Assembly: GCA_013115125.1 (NCBI GenBank)
Contig: JABANN010000164.1
Span: 1 to 58,671 of the forward strand
Length of the DNA stretch: 58,671 bases
Direction of reading: 5' to 3'
Origin: Perkinsus olseni
Lineage: Eukaryota
The first letter of the stretch is position 1. Each line of letters starts with the position of its first letter. This document shows positions 1-18,173 of this stretch, piece after piece. A program made the translations under genes and the position numbers. The notes under the pieces are model-generated. The model was not told the origin of the DNA. It made no database searches and worked only from the letters and a program-made list of their open reading frames with translations.

Positions 1-70
1 TGCCATCGAGGATGTCGCCGCATGCATGCTCTTCACGATCAGAGCTTCCGACGCTTCGCCATTCAATTCA

Positions 71-102
<32 letters not shown>

Positions 103-3074
103 GGGGGGGGGCCCCCCCCGCGGGGGGCGCCCGACGACGTCGGCCGCGGTGTGCGCTTCAGCAGAGACTCCGGTGAGCTCTTCGTCTTCACTGGTTCTCC
201 TTCGCAAAGGATTACTGGACTTCTTTCCACAGCATCTACGCCGTCAGGAATCGAGTCTGTCGAGCGACTGCTGGGTGCTGAAAAAAGAGGAGTTTATACA
301 ACGGGAGATAGTTCGCTATCATTTTCTTGTTCGAACATCGAGACAGAATAGCTTTGCGACTAAAAACATTCCAGGCTACTAGCTTGAAAAACTTGAGACT
401 AGCTTGGTCCTCGTAGAACCCCCAGGAGTCCTGAGCCAGGATGGTATGCCTGCCCAAGGGATGGCCAAAAACACGGGTACTTTCAGCACAAGTTGTACTG
501 TACAACCATAGTGCCGCACAAAAAAATCGATTATCGGCATCTATTATAAGTCCGAGATACTCAAAATGTGAATTACAATGCGGTTCCACCGGCGGCGGTG
601 TCCGAAACACCGACATAGAATGTACGATGCCACGACTCAGTCGATCAGCATCGTACCAATAGTACGACAAATCCGAGTCCTGCAGTAGAGTACACCAGGT
701 GAATTAGACCGCCATTACTGAGCCTCTGCGGGATCTTCGGAGGGCCACTGATGCTCTTGCGGGACGGACTGTCCACTACTCTCCTCGGAGTAGGGACATG
801 ACGATGATGGTTCTCGGCACTCGTTTCTTCACCAATGCTCGCATCATAGTCGAAACCGATTCGGGCTGAAACCAAGGTTAGATTAGCACCCCTACAGCGC
901 CCTGAATCTACTGTGACCGACGAATTACTCTTCGGCAAAAGCTGCTCGTAGCACGTGATTCCAGGAGTTGTTGTCGCGAAATTTACGAGCTTCTGGACAG
1001 CCTCCGGAGTTGCACACTGTACGATGAACTGCCTGAAAGTTGAATAAGCCCAACGGAAGGCTCCATTGACAGAATGGAGGGTCTAGTAGACTCAGTCTAC
1101 TCAGATTGTGCATACGGAGTATGCCAGCGCGATGGGACTGAACCATACTTACTGCATCGTGTATTGGACCCCAGAACTACGAGCGACGCTGCGATTCCCA
1201 TTGACCGACGCCCGGGTCTTCTTCACCATAGTAAACAGAATGCGGAAAAATACACGGTAAAAAGTCCTGTGCAAAGGTCACGACGAAGTCCTACGTCGTA
1301 CATTCGATACCCTGATGATCCCGCTGCGGGATCCCCGCAGATGTCACTACGATAGTGAATATGATATTGGTACCACCTCGAGATTCAGAACCCACGGGGT
1401 TCGCAAACTTGACCCAGGAACAGCCCAGACTAAAGCCGTCGAGCAGAGGAGACGAGCACAGTAGGAGTGAATGGTTCCTCGAGTACTTCTGAGTACATGA
1501 GTAGCTCGAGTACTCAGAGGATCTGATTGAATCAGATTGATTTAGAGGCGATACCATCATTCAAACTAGACTGTCCACATTTTAGACTCTGAACGACGCC
1601 ATCGAGAAATAGAGCAAAGCAAACATAGTGACCGCACAATCAGTGACGCTCTTGAAGTAATACAGTAGTCGCAAGTGTTCGAGCAATGCACGTAGTTCCG
1701 TCCTCAAACCACCGCTTGAAGCTGGCCTGAAACATCACCCGTCGATCAATAAGAGTACCCCGAATACGTTGCTCGCATAGGCAGGTTTGGGAAGTCGGTA
1801 CTGAGCCACCTCGCATAACTGGAACACTCCCACAGTGATTCACTGTCAGTGAAGTACCCCACGCGACAGCGGACAACGGTGACTCCCCGTCGGAGAGACG
1901 CCCAATCTGCAGTCCAGGCTCTGAATCACCAGCCCTAAGGGTGCGAGGATGATAGCAAGCACTCCAAACAGGAGTTCGATAGTTCACTGACTCACCCCAG
2001 TGTAGTCAGTCGCTGATCGAGTTCCTAAATAGGACTCAGATCATTAGAGTCTGTCGCTGCTGCAGCCGAACAGCATAATTGGGATGGAATGACTAGTCTA
2101 AGACATCAGAAGTTTTGCCGTCAGATTCTGACGGTCAAAGTAACTTCATTCATCCTTCTTAAGCTCGTGCTCCCCAACTCCAAACCATAACGCTGACCAC
2201 CGCCGGAACTCGATGCATAAACCAAATGAAAAAAGTGGGGTTCTGCTGAACTAACGCGGTACGCGGCGTCACTAATGCCGAACGACTGACATTCCAAAAA
2301 TTCTCATTTAATAGCTCACGTCCGTACAGAGTAAAACTCCTAAAACGAGTCTCGTATCTAGTCCTCGGCTACTCATCTTCTTGACAAAACGATTCGAGCA
2401 CCACTGAGAGCCGCCACGATCCGTGTAGTGCGAAATCCGATGCCCGACAAACCGAACCGAGATCTGCACCACAGTGAACCTCGCAAGAGGAGTGCGCGCG
2501 GAACAACCCCCCCCCCCGCGTGGCGGACACTACTAAGTATGTCGAGTACTAAAACAGCTCTACCAGAATGCACAGATAGCAGCGACTCAATCGCCGCGGC
2601 TTTGTGAACTACTGGGCAGCCCTAGAACGCTCGAAGAGGCTCCTCAGAAAAGTTTTGCCTCGAAGCGTCTACATTCCAGGAACATCACATGAAACTCAGC
2701 AGCAAGCGGTTAACCAACTCCGATTCCTCGAGAAAGAGATTCCCTTGGCGAACTTTAGCCCACCGATAGTGCCGAAGAAGCAGTACTGACACAATGCGAG
2801 CATACTTGGTTTTCACCAAAAAGCAAGCTCGCATACGCAGCCTTTCTCGTCTCAGCGCTCTGTGGCACAGATTTCTCCTGGCGAGCCGTGGTTTACCTGA
2901 GTTTAGCCATACGACTCTGTACCGTCTTCGAGAGTATGGGCGTGTAATTGTGTGCTTCGTCCAGGTGAATCACCTCATCATGGGAATCAAATAACTGAGG
3001 CAATGAGACATGGAGTACAAACTAGACAGGCTAAGTCAATCAGCCAGTGAGTGGCTTCCACCCTCGCTCGCCAT
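1..3074 (-). CDS. Multi-exon hypothetical protein gene, 3' end beyond the window edge
   Basis: Minus-strand exon-like segments separated by short GT..AG introns (e.g. EKSVPQSAETRKAAYASLLFGENQ, RQGNLFLEESELVNRLLLSFM, DSDLSYYWYDADRLSRG). No recognisable domain; start uncertain. Confidence 0.45.
76..132. repeat. Poly-C/poly-G low-complexity tract
   Basis: Long C run followed by alternating G and C runs, apparently inside a minus-strand intron ending ...gggcag. Confidence 0.85.
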
Positions 3075-3175
3075 GGACTCGCCCAATCGAATCCATTCCC
3101 GAACAAGCACCTAGCAACCGTTCTAGAAATGTTCCCGTAAATGTTGAAGTAAGTCGCGCACGTTTGAATATAGCA

Positions 3176-6100
3176 TCAAATATCAACATCGCCGAAAAGC
3201 TCTTCGAGCACTTCTCCATCGGTCTGTTGTCGAGCAGTTGAGGTATCTTCCCCCGCGGAACGCTTTCGGAGGCGGCGCTTGCTACGCTTGGAATCACCTA
3301 CGATAATAACGCGACGAGCTGAGAATCCATGGCGCATCGACCAAGGGTGCACTGCCAGACTGGCACAGCGCACTGCCAGGGTGCACTGCCAGATACCTCA
3401 CTGGGTTCGGCCTCCAGTCTAGACTTACGCTTTTTGGACTTCTTGTCCCCCTTGGTCTCAGGACCACTGCTTGCAGAACCCGAAGCGCCATCGTCTTCAG
3501 ACTCATCGCTACTTGAAGAAGAACTCGACGAGGACTCAGAATCTGAACAGGCTTATGCTTGTGGGAACCGACAGCTCGAGTCGAGCTGCTCGACGGTTCA
3601 GGTCCAGCAGTTCAATACTCAGGCAGACACAAACCCAGACGAGAGCGAGGATACCTACTAGTACCCGATGAGCTCGGCTCGTCGTTGATAAAGTTGTCCT
3701 CTTCGACCGCCTTGGAACGCTTCTTCGCTGCGGCTTTCGTTCGTCGCTCTGAGAGAAGCACAAACAGATCACTGAGTAGAGCAACCGAATGTTCTTGAAG
3801 AACAAGCGAACGTTGAGAGGCAAGTGACTCTGGACAGCACACTTAGAACGATGAGGAAGATTCTGAGGAGATTCCAAACGCAATTCGACGCCGAGAAAAT
3901 ATGAGGTACCTTCATTCGCAGATCGCTTGCGCTTTCTTCCGGCTGCAGCTTCCTCTTCCTGAAAGAGTACACGTTCAAGAGCACCCAATCCAGCCAAGGA
4001 GGGAGTCCCTCCGAGCGACTATCCAACCAGCGGGCGAACACAGGACCAGTGCATCCCAACTTGGCATCCCACAAACGAGACTCACCTCTTCAACTTCTTG
4101 ACCCATGTTAGCTACGCTCGAACGGATGACGTCCATTCTGCTCTCGGCCTCCCGGTCGAGCTCCTAGAAATAGCATTTCTTCGCTGTCGCATTCACCTAG
4201 GGGTCTGCTGGCCTGTTCACCTCTCTTCGCTTCCTCTCCTCTTCTTCTCTAACCTCGCGCTCGCGTTTTTCCTTCTCAACCCTGAGGAAGCGTTGCTGGT
4301 TTCCCACAAAGCAACCCCCCTATTCCTTGGCGGCCTCCCTCCACATACCGCTCCTTTCTCTGCTCCACGAGCAACCTCATTGTCTCCTCATGAACATTCT
4401 GCGTTACTTCGAGTTTACGCAACCAGTCCTCTGCCTTTCGTGACTAAAGCGGGATGGGAAAATGTGTGGCTGTGGTTCCCGAACTACAGCATCACTTACC
4501 GTATCTCGGAGGTATTCAAAGTGTCTCTTGAAAGCCTTTGAGAAGATGTCCTCAGGGGACTTCATCTCCTTCATGAAAGCTGAGGAGAAGTCGTGTCATC
4601 CACTTTTGTGAAACAAGCCCTTGGCTCGCTCTCGCGAGCTCACCCTTCCATCCATCGCTTACCCTCAGGATTGTTAATATAAGTCACGTTGAATATCTTC
4701 CGTTTGAGAATCCTTGGAATCGCCTGGGTCGGTGTCGTGCCAGCGATGCTCTCAATCGAGCGGAAGTGTCCAAGCGCACATCGAACCTATTCACAAATAT
4801 CACTCTCGCTAGCATATCGAGATCCAGCATTGTCCCACCATAAGCAAAGCCTTCTTGACCCACTCAGCCTGGTTCTTTTTAGAGCTATCCAACAAAGAGG
4901 CAGCGGCATAGTTCTCGAGGACCATAGCCAGGTTATATCTGAGAGGTCAGGGTTAACTAGGCAGGGAGACGAGCTAATAATCTCCTCACTTGAACCGAAG
5001 ATTCTCCGGCCACATGACCACAGCCTCATTGAGCATCTCTATGCTCTCATTGTGACGTTCCGCTAAGAAGTACCTACGGAGAACAGGAAGATGAAGACGT
5101 CAGTCTAGCGGCCCGAGCCACAACTTACGCGTTAGACAAGTACAGTACCAATGACTGTTTGATCGTGCTGTCAGCTCCGGTATAGGTCTTCATAGCTCCT
5201 TCGTAGCACTTCACCGCCCGCCGAGCCGCCTATCATTCAAGCGCCCCTCAGACAGCTACTCGGCTTCAAGGTAAGCCCTACCGCATGTCCTGCAGCAAGT
5301 AGCTGTGGTGGAATTTGAGATGCTCCGTGAGACTTGTCGGCTCTCTTTTTCTCGTCTATTTCCGTCTTCACAGCATAATATTCATCAACGTACAAATGGC
5401 CAAGATTCGCTGAAGCCGCCCAATTCCAACCTACATCACACCAACTCATGATTGCTATGCAGTTTGAATCTCCACCCACCAGTAGAATGCTCTTCCACCG
5501 ATGTCAACAGATCGATAGCCTGTTGTTTTCTGCCTCGGTGACCCAAAACCTGGTTCGATCATTAATGAGTGGGGGTATCAACAACGGCGAGGTTTACCGC
5601 AGCAATTCCCATTATAGCTGACACTGCATGGGGAGGCGAAGAAGGAGTACCGTGAGGCGTGCCATGAGGCTTCGGTGGTGTCGAACCACTAATCGCCTAC
5701 AAACAACCATGTGTCCTCCTACAATTTCCTTGCCAAGAACAAGTACGCTGTATTATTTAACCGACGTACCTTCAGATAGAACTTGATGGCTCTGTTCATG
5801 CTGTCCTTCTCATCTATTGGCGTTTTGGCATAGTTCGACCTCACATGGTCAACATGCATATCACCCAGCAGCTGCCGAGAACCAATCCAACCGCCACCCT
5901 CAACCGAGCAAACTCACCTCATAAACGTAGGGATCATTATGAGATCCACAGTTATCCCTGATCGTCTTGATACCAGCTGCCGCGTTATGCTGAGCAAGAG
6001 CTCTATCCCGCTTGATACGGTATGAGGGTCTACTCACCAGTTTGTGATGCTGCATGGACGCCCGACAGAGTGCCCCCATAGTGGTTCCACCTTCCTTCAA

Positions 6101-9100
6101 AGGCACTGTCTCCATCGCCTTGCGGTACCTACTCGGAGCATAGGCCCCCTTCACCAGCGAGATACCTTTCTACTACCATTCCTCTGCCTTCGCCAAATCG
6201 CCCTTGAAGTTCTCATAGATCTTCCCTATACGGACCATTGCATCCGTGTAATCAGGCTGCCTCTCGAGCAAACGATGATACCTATAAGGCCGTCACTCCG
6301 GTCAGCATCCCCAGTCCTCGCAGCTCACGTTTTCAGAGCTCTATCCACACCAGTCATCCCTCCGTGGGTCGTGGCCATAGCCTCATAGCAAAGCCCCTTG
6401 TTGAAAACCCGCGTGCCTACAGGCCACTACCTTCCCGCAGGCGACTAGTACCGGTAGACAACTCACGCCACAAGGCTCTGTATTCCTCCGAGCTGTCATC
6501 ATTTTCCCCCGCTTTCAGCATGATTATCTTAGCCCTGGCCAGGTCGTCCAACCCCCGGCGGGGCTCCTTCAAGGCCGAGGCACTCAAAGCCCCTCGCGTG
6601 ATCAATGCCTACATACCACAGCATCGGAAAGCGAGTGACGGTTGACAAACGGAAAGCCACTGCCCCGTAAGCCTTGTCCACCGGACAAGCGCTACAGTCT
6701 ACCACCGACCGCTCGAGCGCTTAGAGCGCCAACAGACTAACAGGTGAAATCCGTATTCCTTCGACCCTTCACGTTGCCTTCTCACAGAGGTTAGATAGCA
6801 TTTCTCGCTACGCTCCAAAGATGGACCACTGGCCTCTCACCTGCACTACAGACACATCCTCCTCCTTGTTCTCGTCCTTAGCAGCCAAAAACTCATTAAG
6901 TTCCTTGAGGCAGTCCTGGGCCTATCAAGCCAACCGAAGTCCGACGATAGCACCAGTATGCACGGCGCAGATCACCTCAGCCTTGGTCAATGCTCCCATG
7001 TTCTTGCCACCCAGTATCAACGACACATACAACTTGTGGCGCTCATAGTCCAGACTCTGGTCGCAAGTCCCGTGCCTACGTCGCGAGCAGCATGGCATTC
7101 TCCGGGGACTAACTTCAGCACTCACTTTTCCTTGGCCTGCTTAGCATGAGTCGTGACTCCCTCCACCAACTCCAACGCCTTCTTCGTATCACTCGGTAAC
7201 GGCGCATCGCCCAGTTGCCGCGCCAACAACAAGGCAATAGCGTCGTCAAAGCGCAAGCCACCGTGCGTGACGGTGTTGTCTGTGTTGGCCGCAGAGACCG
7301 CCTGCAACTGCAGCAACTTCTTCCCGTGATGGATGTGCATCTTCTTCCCGGTCTCCGAGGTATCATTCGCCGATGTCGCGATCAGCCCAGAGAGCGCTGC
7401 ACAAGCCAACCGCTCCGTGCTTGGCAGCATAGACGGTATCGGAGTGTCCTTAGTGCTAGACGTGTGTGAGTAATGTACATTGCCCAACGGCAGCTGCTTA
7501 GTCGCCTCCTCATACAGGCTCTTAGCCTTCTCGATATCTCCCTCAGCGTGAGTGATTTTAGCTTTCAAGAGGCCTATCTCCGTGAGGAGAGGGCGGGCAC
7601 CTTTACCACACGTCCGAGACTCCGCTGCTTCAGCCTACGAGTACGATCAATTCACACACTCGCTCAGAGCAAATGAACCCACCAGCCGACGTGCAGTCCT
7701 GAGATACCTCCTACGACTGTCCCCATCCTCTCCTGCAGCAGCAGCAAGGACCAAACTCTGACAGCAAACCGCAAAGGTTCGATCCCCGCTACATACACCC
7801 CCATTATCACCTGCCGTGCTAGGATCGTTAGGGCTACCGGATGGTCCCCAGCCTGCTCCGCGAGCGCTGTTTCGCGTGCCAGATGCGCACCATCCAAAGA
7901 CCTGCACCATGACCTATCCCTGAAGCCCCCGGGCCTCACGTGACTACTACCCGGTCGAGCTCTCTCCTGCCTGAAGTATGGCTGCTGTTGCGGCCACGAC
8001 GTCAGAGTCAGGCGCGCCTTCCTTGCACACAGCCAAAGCCCTGACGATCGCCTCCTGGGCCTTGGGTAGGTTACCCATACGCATGTGGCATGCTGCTATA
8101 CCTACAGACAGACTCCATCCGATGCTTCTCTTTCCACCCTCCCCCCCGTTCAACAAACTCATTCTGAATTGATTCTAGAATTGATCTTAGCACATGAACT
8201 GCGGTTCCACAATCGATTCTGAGTTTCAGAGGCGCTTTACTGAACACCCTCGAGAGGTGTAAGACATAGAGTCAGTCCTCCCTCCCTCAACCGCACGCAG
8301 TGCTCTCATCCCCCAAGTACTACCAAGCCTAGCCGTGTTGGCCACCTTCGCCGTAGCCGGATCCCGACTACCAGCCATCTGCAACACCAGCCTATACTCA
8401 GTTAACGCCTCCTTAGGCTGCTCCAACAGCAACAGTGCAGCACCTAATCCTCGTGTCATAACCCCTTCCAACCACACTGACCACTTTACCTCTAAGTAGC
8501 CGCGCCCGTACCATATCAGCAACCCCTCCTTCGTTGACCATCGGGCCAGCTTTGATAACGTTTCCCAAATGGGACACGCATTTCGTGAGATACTCATGAC
8601 CGCTGCTGGATCCTCCTGACGAATCCGCCGCTCTTATGTAACTGGGCAAGATAAGGTTCTTCGGAATGGTCGGGTAAAAAGCAGCACGCCTACTTGCAGA
8701 ACTCATTCCAAGCTCTCGACAGCCACGTGCGGGGATCGAACGGGTTGAGGTTCTCCCCGCGCTGATACATTTCGGCGGACTTCTTCACTGAAGTCAATCC
8801 ACCGTCACTCGCCACAAAATTATTATACCACTGGAAATACTACCCGCGTCCTCATCGCCGTCGTAAACTGCTTTCTGCGTGTAGGAGGCTCCCATTGCGT
8901 CATACATCAGGAACTGCATTTGGTGCAGCTGACTGGCATACATCTAAGAGATCGGCAGAACGGTCAGAAGGAGACGCCAACACGAACAGCAGGGTGGTAA
9001 TGTGGGCGACCATGCAGATCATTGAAGCTGGCCCGTTGATGACAGAGCTACCATCGTGTCCTCGAAATTTTACGAGCTTCCCAATCCAAGGAGGCCCATT

Positions 9101-9639
9101 GTGGTAGGCAAGCTGGCCAAGATGAACCATGACCACGTTCTCGCCCCAACGCCCAGCGAAAGTCTCTATGCGAGCCCGATCTACGCTACCGTTTGGACGG
9201 CGCCGTGGTACTACCTGAATGCTCTCTAGTTCCTTATCCGTAGCAGCCTCCAGGACCTTCATCATATTCTCAGTATCATTCTTCTGTCTGAAGTACTCTA
9301 TTGCCAGAGCATGCCACAACTTCAATGGCACCAGCTCCATTCGAAGGAGGTCGAGGATCTTGTCACCATCCTCCGGCAAATCCTTGCTCTCCAACGACAC
9401 CCAGTCATCGGAGGAATCTACCGGAAAGTACCTACAGGGCGACCGGCCGTGAGAACGTTGGTCAGGGAGCAGATGAGGAACGAAAACGTAAGTTCTCCCA
9501 ATACACGTGCAAATGCTACGATCAATCTTGCAGCACTTTTACGCGCGCCTACGACCCCTGACACTAACCCCGGGAGAAGGTGCTCCACTTACAGCGTAGA
9601 TTCACCCCGGGAGGCAGGGGCTCCGGCACCGCTACTCAT
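3176..9639 (-). CDS. CTR9: RNA polymerase-associated protein CTR9 (PAF1 complex TPR scaffold), multi-exon
   Basis: N-terminal exon YFPVDSSDDWVSLESKDLPEDGDKILDLLRMELVPLKLWHALAIEYFRQ..MMKVLEAA matches the CTR9 N-terminus pattern ([31 protein letters not shown]). TPR-like exons follow (GIAACHMRMGNLPKAQEAIVRAL; AEGDIEKAKSLYEEA). The K/R/S/D-rich C-terminus ends ..LEELFGDVDI* at 3176. ATG at 9639 (MSSGAGAPASRG). Confidence 0.85.
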
Positions 9640-10382
9640 GTCAACGACGACCACGCGGCTGACGGTAGAGGGGAATCGTAACGAAAACGCAACTTGCCGA
9701 CTCTTGCACTCTTGGATTTTCTCAACGCTACAACGCGACATTCTTGAGGCAGCACGCGCATAGATTTTCGTGTTGACGATTTGAGTCTGGATTTTCGATC
9801 CCTGTGATGATGACTAAGGGCCGTCAAAACGGCCGTGTTGGCTAAGTCCTCTTCCGCAGAGCCCTTCCCTTCGTGTTGTGCTTACCCTATCTATGCCTTA
9901 TGCCAGCCTATCAGACCCTTTAAAGGCCTGATCTACCACGCGTGGTCTTCCGAAGCCATCGCGATGGCCTGTACTGTCTTCAACATGTGTATCTCACTCG
10001 CTCGACTTTCACGACGCTGGGCTGGGCAGGTATGCCCTTCTTCGAGTGCGATGCATGTGCAGATCTCATTCTGCTCCAGCACGCCCTTCTACGGCTATGA
10101 AATTGCCACTGTTGTGTTGACTAGTGATGGCCCTTTGGGGGAAGGAGTCGATCTTTCGAATACCTAGGCGCGCCCTATTGTCCGTGCGATAAACATAAAT
10201 TTGAATTCTGAGAACCATGGCCTAGTGGTCAGCGTCACAGTCTCTGTGCGGGAGGGCATGGGTTCTATCCTGGGATTAGCTTTCGACGAGGCCGATAGTA
10301 CCACATCCCTTGTGCGCTTCGCTAATAGCTCAACCATAACGTCGTGCAGCCATGCCGCTTTACAGAAGTTCAATGCCACATC

Positions 10383-15559
<5,177 letters not shown>

Positions 15560-15922
15560 GTTTCTGAGCAATTCATCTATCTTCATCTTTTCTATTCATA
15601 CTTGAACTGCAGCATGTACCCATATCAATGTTTGCTTTGCGTTCAAGAGTAGAAACGAACTTGGGAACACGACAACAACGAAAAAGAGAAACATCATTCG
15701 AGTTCGAAGGCGCGGAGTAAATATTCATGCACTAGAGTGTTGAGGAGTGGTAACAAAGTATTCTTAACGTCGATGGATATGTCCCCTTGGAGCCAGCTGT
15801 GATAACAATCGTAATCATGACCCCTCGGCTCATGACAATCGCACCTAACGACACCTAACAACAACAGTCGCAATGCCTCTCACAGTGGCAGCACCTGTGT
15901 ATGGCACTGTAGGCTAACCCCT

Positions 15923-17946
15923 TCATACGAGCGAACTCTGCCCGGTAGCCATCGGCAGAAGAAGAGCCTTCTGGAGGGGGTGTCTGAGCCTCGCCCTGCC
16001 CCATGGCTGACGTATGAGGTGAGTCACCTCAGAAGGGTCCATGCAGCGGCCGCTCGCTATAGCCTCATCATAAAGCTTTTTCGCTCTCTCGTAGTGTTCT
16101 CCTTTGTAGTCCAAACCAGGGCCGCGCCACGGGTAAGGCTGGGCACTGGGGTGACAGTGCTGCTTCCGCACCTGGTGTGACAGGTAACGCTATTGAGGGC
16201 AGAAAGCCATCCCCCTACCCCACTCTGGCCATTCCGACACACGTGTGACCGGTAGGATGAGCCATTCTCCGCAATAGCTGACGTCGTGAGGTAACAGCCG
16301 GCGTCCACCTATCTCAGCAAGCTGATAACTAATGAGCCTGAGAGTGTGTGACACCCACCTCGATAAGTATTGCGCCTTCCGGTACCCAGAGTATGTTCGC
16401 CATATCAGCGCCCCCGATGCCGATCACCACAGCAGCATCGGCCAAAGTCGCCACCTACAGCGGTAGAGCTAGAGACATCATCGAGCCGCCTGGCTGCTAG
16501 TGGAGGGTGGATGACCTGGTTGCAAGGGTCGAGGCCTCCAGGGCGCACCCATCCGACGGTGAATGCATTCAGGCGGCCCCAGTCGGCGATCAGATCTGTC
16601 ATCTCGGCGGCGGTTCGAGTGGACCAGCGTCTGTGCCGCGAGCCTCGCTCGAGGAGAACAACTTTTCCTAGAGGTAGAAGCAATCATTGCGTCCAGCAAG
16701 AGCATCTCACCCACGTGTCATCCCCGAGTCATGAAGCCCACATGCCTTGATGACGGTCTGCCGAAGGCTGCCGTAGAACTCTTTCCCCGACGGCCAAGCA
16801 CGCCACGGCTGAATCTGCAAAATTCCACCTGTCTCCAGCGCAGTAGGGAGTTACACACTCACAGCTCCATCGTAGCACACATGTCTAATTCCCTTATTTT
16901 GTAGTTCTTTCCCTTCAGTATAAGTCTGGGAAAACTTCGCCGTTTGAGCTACAGAGTTCGTCGACAGAACCTGCGCATCGCCAAGTGAAAACGGTCTCGT
17001 CGAAGTGGCAGCAGCGGACCACCACTCACCAACTTGTGAATCATCATCTGCCAGAGGTCTTTTGGTCCGGGAATGCCGCCATCCGAATGCCAGCATCTTC
17101 TGCCGTCAACCTCACACTCGGCAGCAGCGTATCTGCGTCGCCGTGACAACACATGAGTCAACCTTCAGCTCACTTGGTCTCCACCAGCCACCATCGCGGG
17201 TCTTCCGAGTGAGCAGGCCCCTGCACGCTGCCATCGAGGACCCCGAGCTGTATGAGCTTCCAAAGCCAAACGTAATCTTGCGCGAAGTGCCAAATGTTCG
17301 CTGATGATCACAACAACCGCCATATTCACATAGGCTATGTGACATAGCAATGGCCCAGGCCACTGCTGCCTTACAGCTTAGTTGCCCCATCAGCACTGCC
17401 ACACTATGACGATGCAGCGTCTCATTCGCAGGAGGTGGTGCTTGCCTCGTCTGTCGGAGCGCACTCGTCGGCGGGTGATAGGTCTCCTACTCACCTTCAT
17501 AAGAGTGAGGGAGTAGCCATCGAAAGCACTTCTCCCCACGGCCGTGTAATCAGATCCGTGTAGGTTTGGAATGAAAGAGCCGTCGAGGGAGCAGCTACCC
17601 GACTCGGCCATGGGCAGGCCCTCACCACATACGCCTGCAATGCGATGCGTGGTAAATATCGTCATGAAGCAACCTTTCACCATGAAGTGCATCGGCCACT
17701 TCGATTCCGTCCGCGATATCGAGCTCGGTTGCCCATTGAGCGCTCTCTGAGGGCGGAAGGGTCGCGTGTGTGGAAGGACCAGTGAATACATGCGGGGCAC
17801 GAGCGTGCCGACATGCAGTACAGGCCAGCGATTGAGCGAATCTCATCGGAATTCGGCCTAGTGCATTCCAGGTCTCTCCATTTGTAAGGTGAGCAGTTTG
17901 AAAGGCCAGTTAATTGCTCCAAATGGCCACGAAAGACGAGTTTCAT
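15923..17946 (-). CDS. Multi-exon hypothetical protein gene
   Basis: ATG at 17946 (MKLVFRGHLEQLTGLSNCSPYKWRDLEC) and a chain of exon-like segments with GT..AG gaps (e.g. SFIPNLHGSDYTAVGRSAFDGYSLTLMK; DYKGEHYERAKKLYDEAIASG). No domain recognised. Confidence 0.45.
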
Positions 17947-17989
17947 GGCAGGAGCGATCAGAGAGCGTCGAAACCTTCACATATCAACA

Positions 17990-18063
17990 GGTCGTTTAGC
18001 TCAGTCGGTTAGAGCATCGTGCTAATAACGCGAGGGTCGCAGGTTCGAGCCCTGCATCGACCA
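17990..18063 (+). tRNA. tRNA-Ile (anticodon AAT)
   Basis: GGTCGTT-TAGCTCAGTCGGTTAGAGC-A-TCGTG-CTAATAA-CGCGA-GGGTC-GCAGG-TTCGAGC-CCTGC-ATCGACC-A folds as a 74-nt cloverleaf with A and B boxes. Confidence 0.96.
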
Positions 18064-18173
18064 CTTATGTCCATCAACGCTCTACTTGTCAGAGTTCTCA
18101 CAAGGTTGCATATGCCCGGTTCACAACCAGCGGCCAGAACCCGTGACGCTTGCCGTGCGGCACTTTCGCGCAC

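Noticed and set aside
22-382. Poly-Pro ORFs
   Set aside because: Produced by the poly-C tract.
1-3074. Weak resemblance to gamma-tubulin complex (GCP) proteins
   Set aside because: Only two short, low-specificity patches; not enough to name the gene.
3345-3392. Three GCACTGCCAG direct repeats
   Set aside because: Local slippage duplication in a CTR9 intron; no spacer/array organisation.
8720-8745. GTTCGATCCCCGC T-loop-like motif on the minus strand
   Set aside because: Reads in frame as CTR9 coding sequence (NLNPFDPRTWLSRAW); no T-stem.
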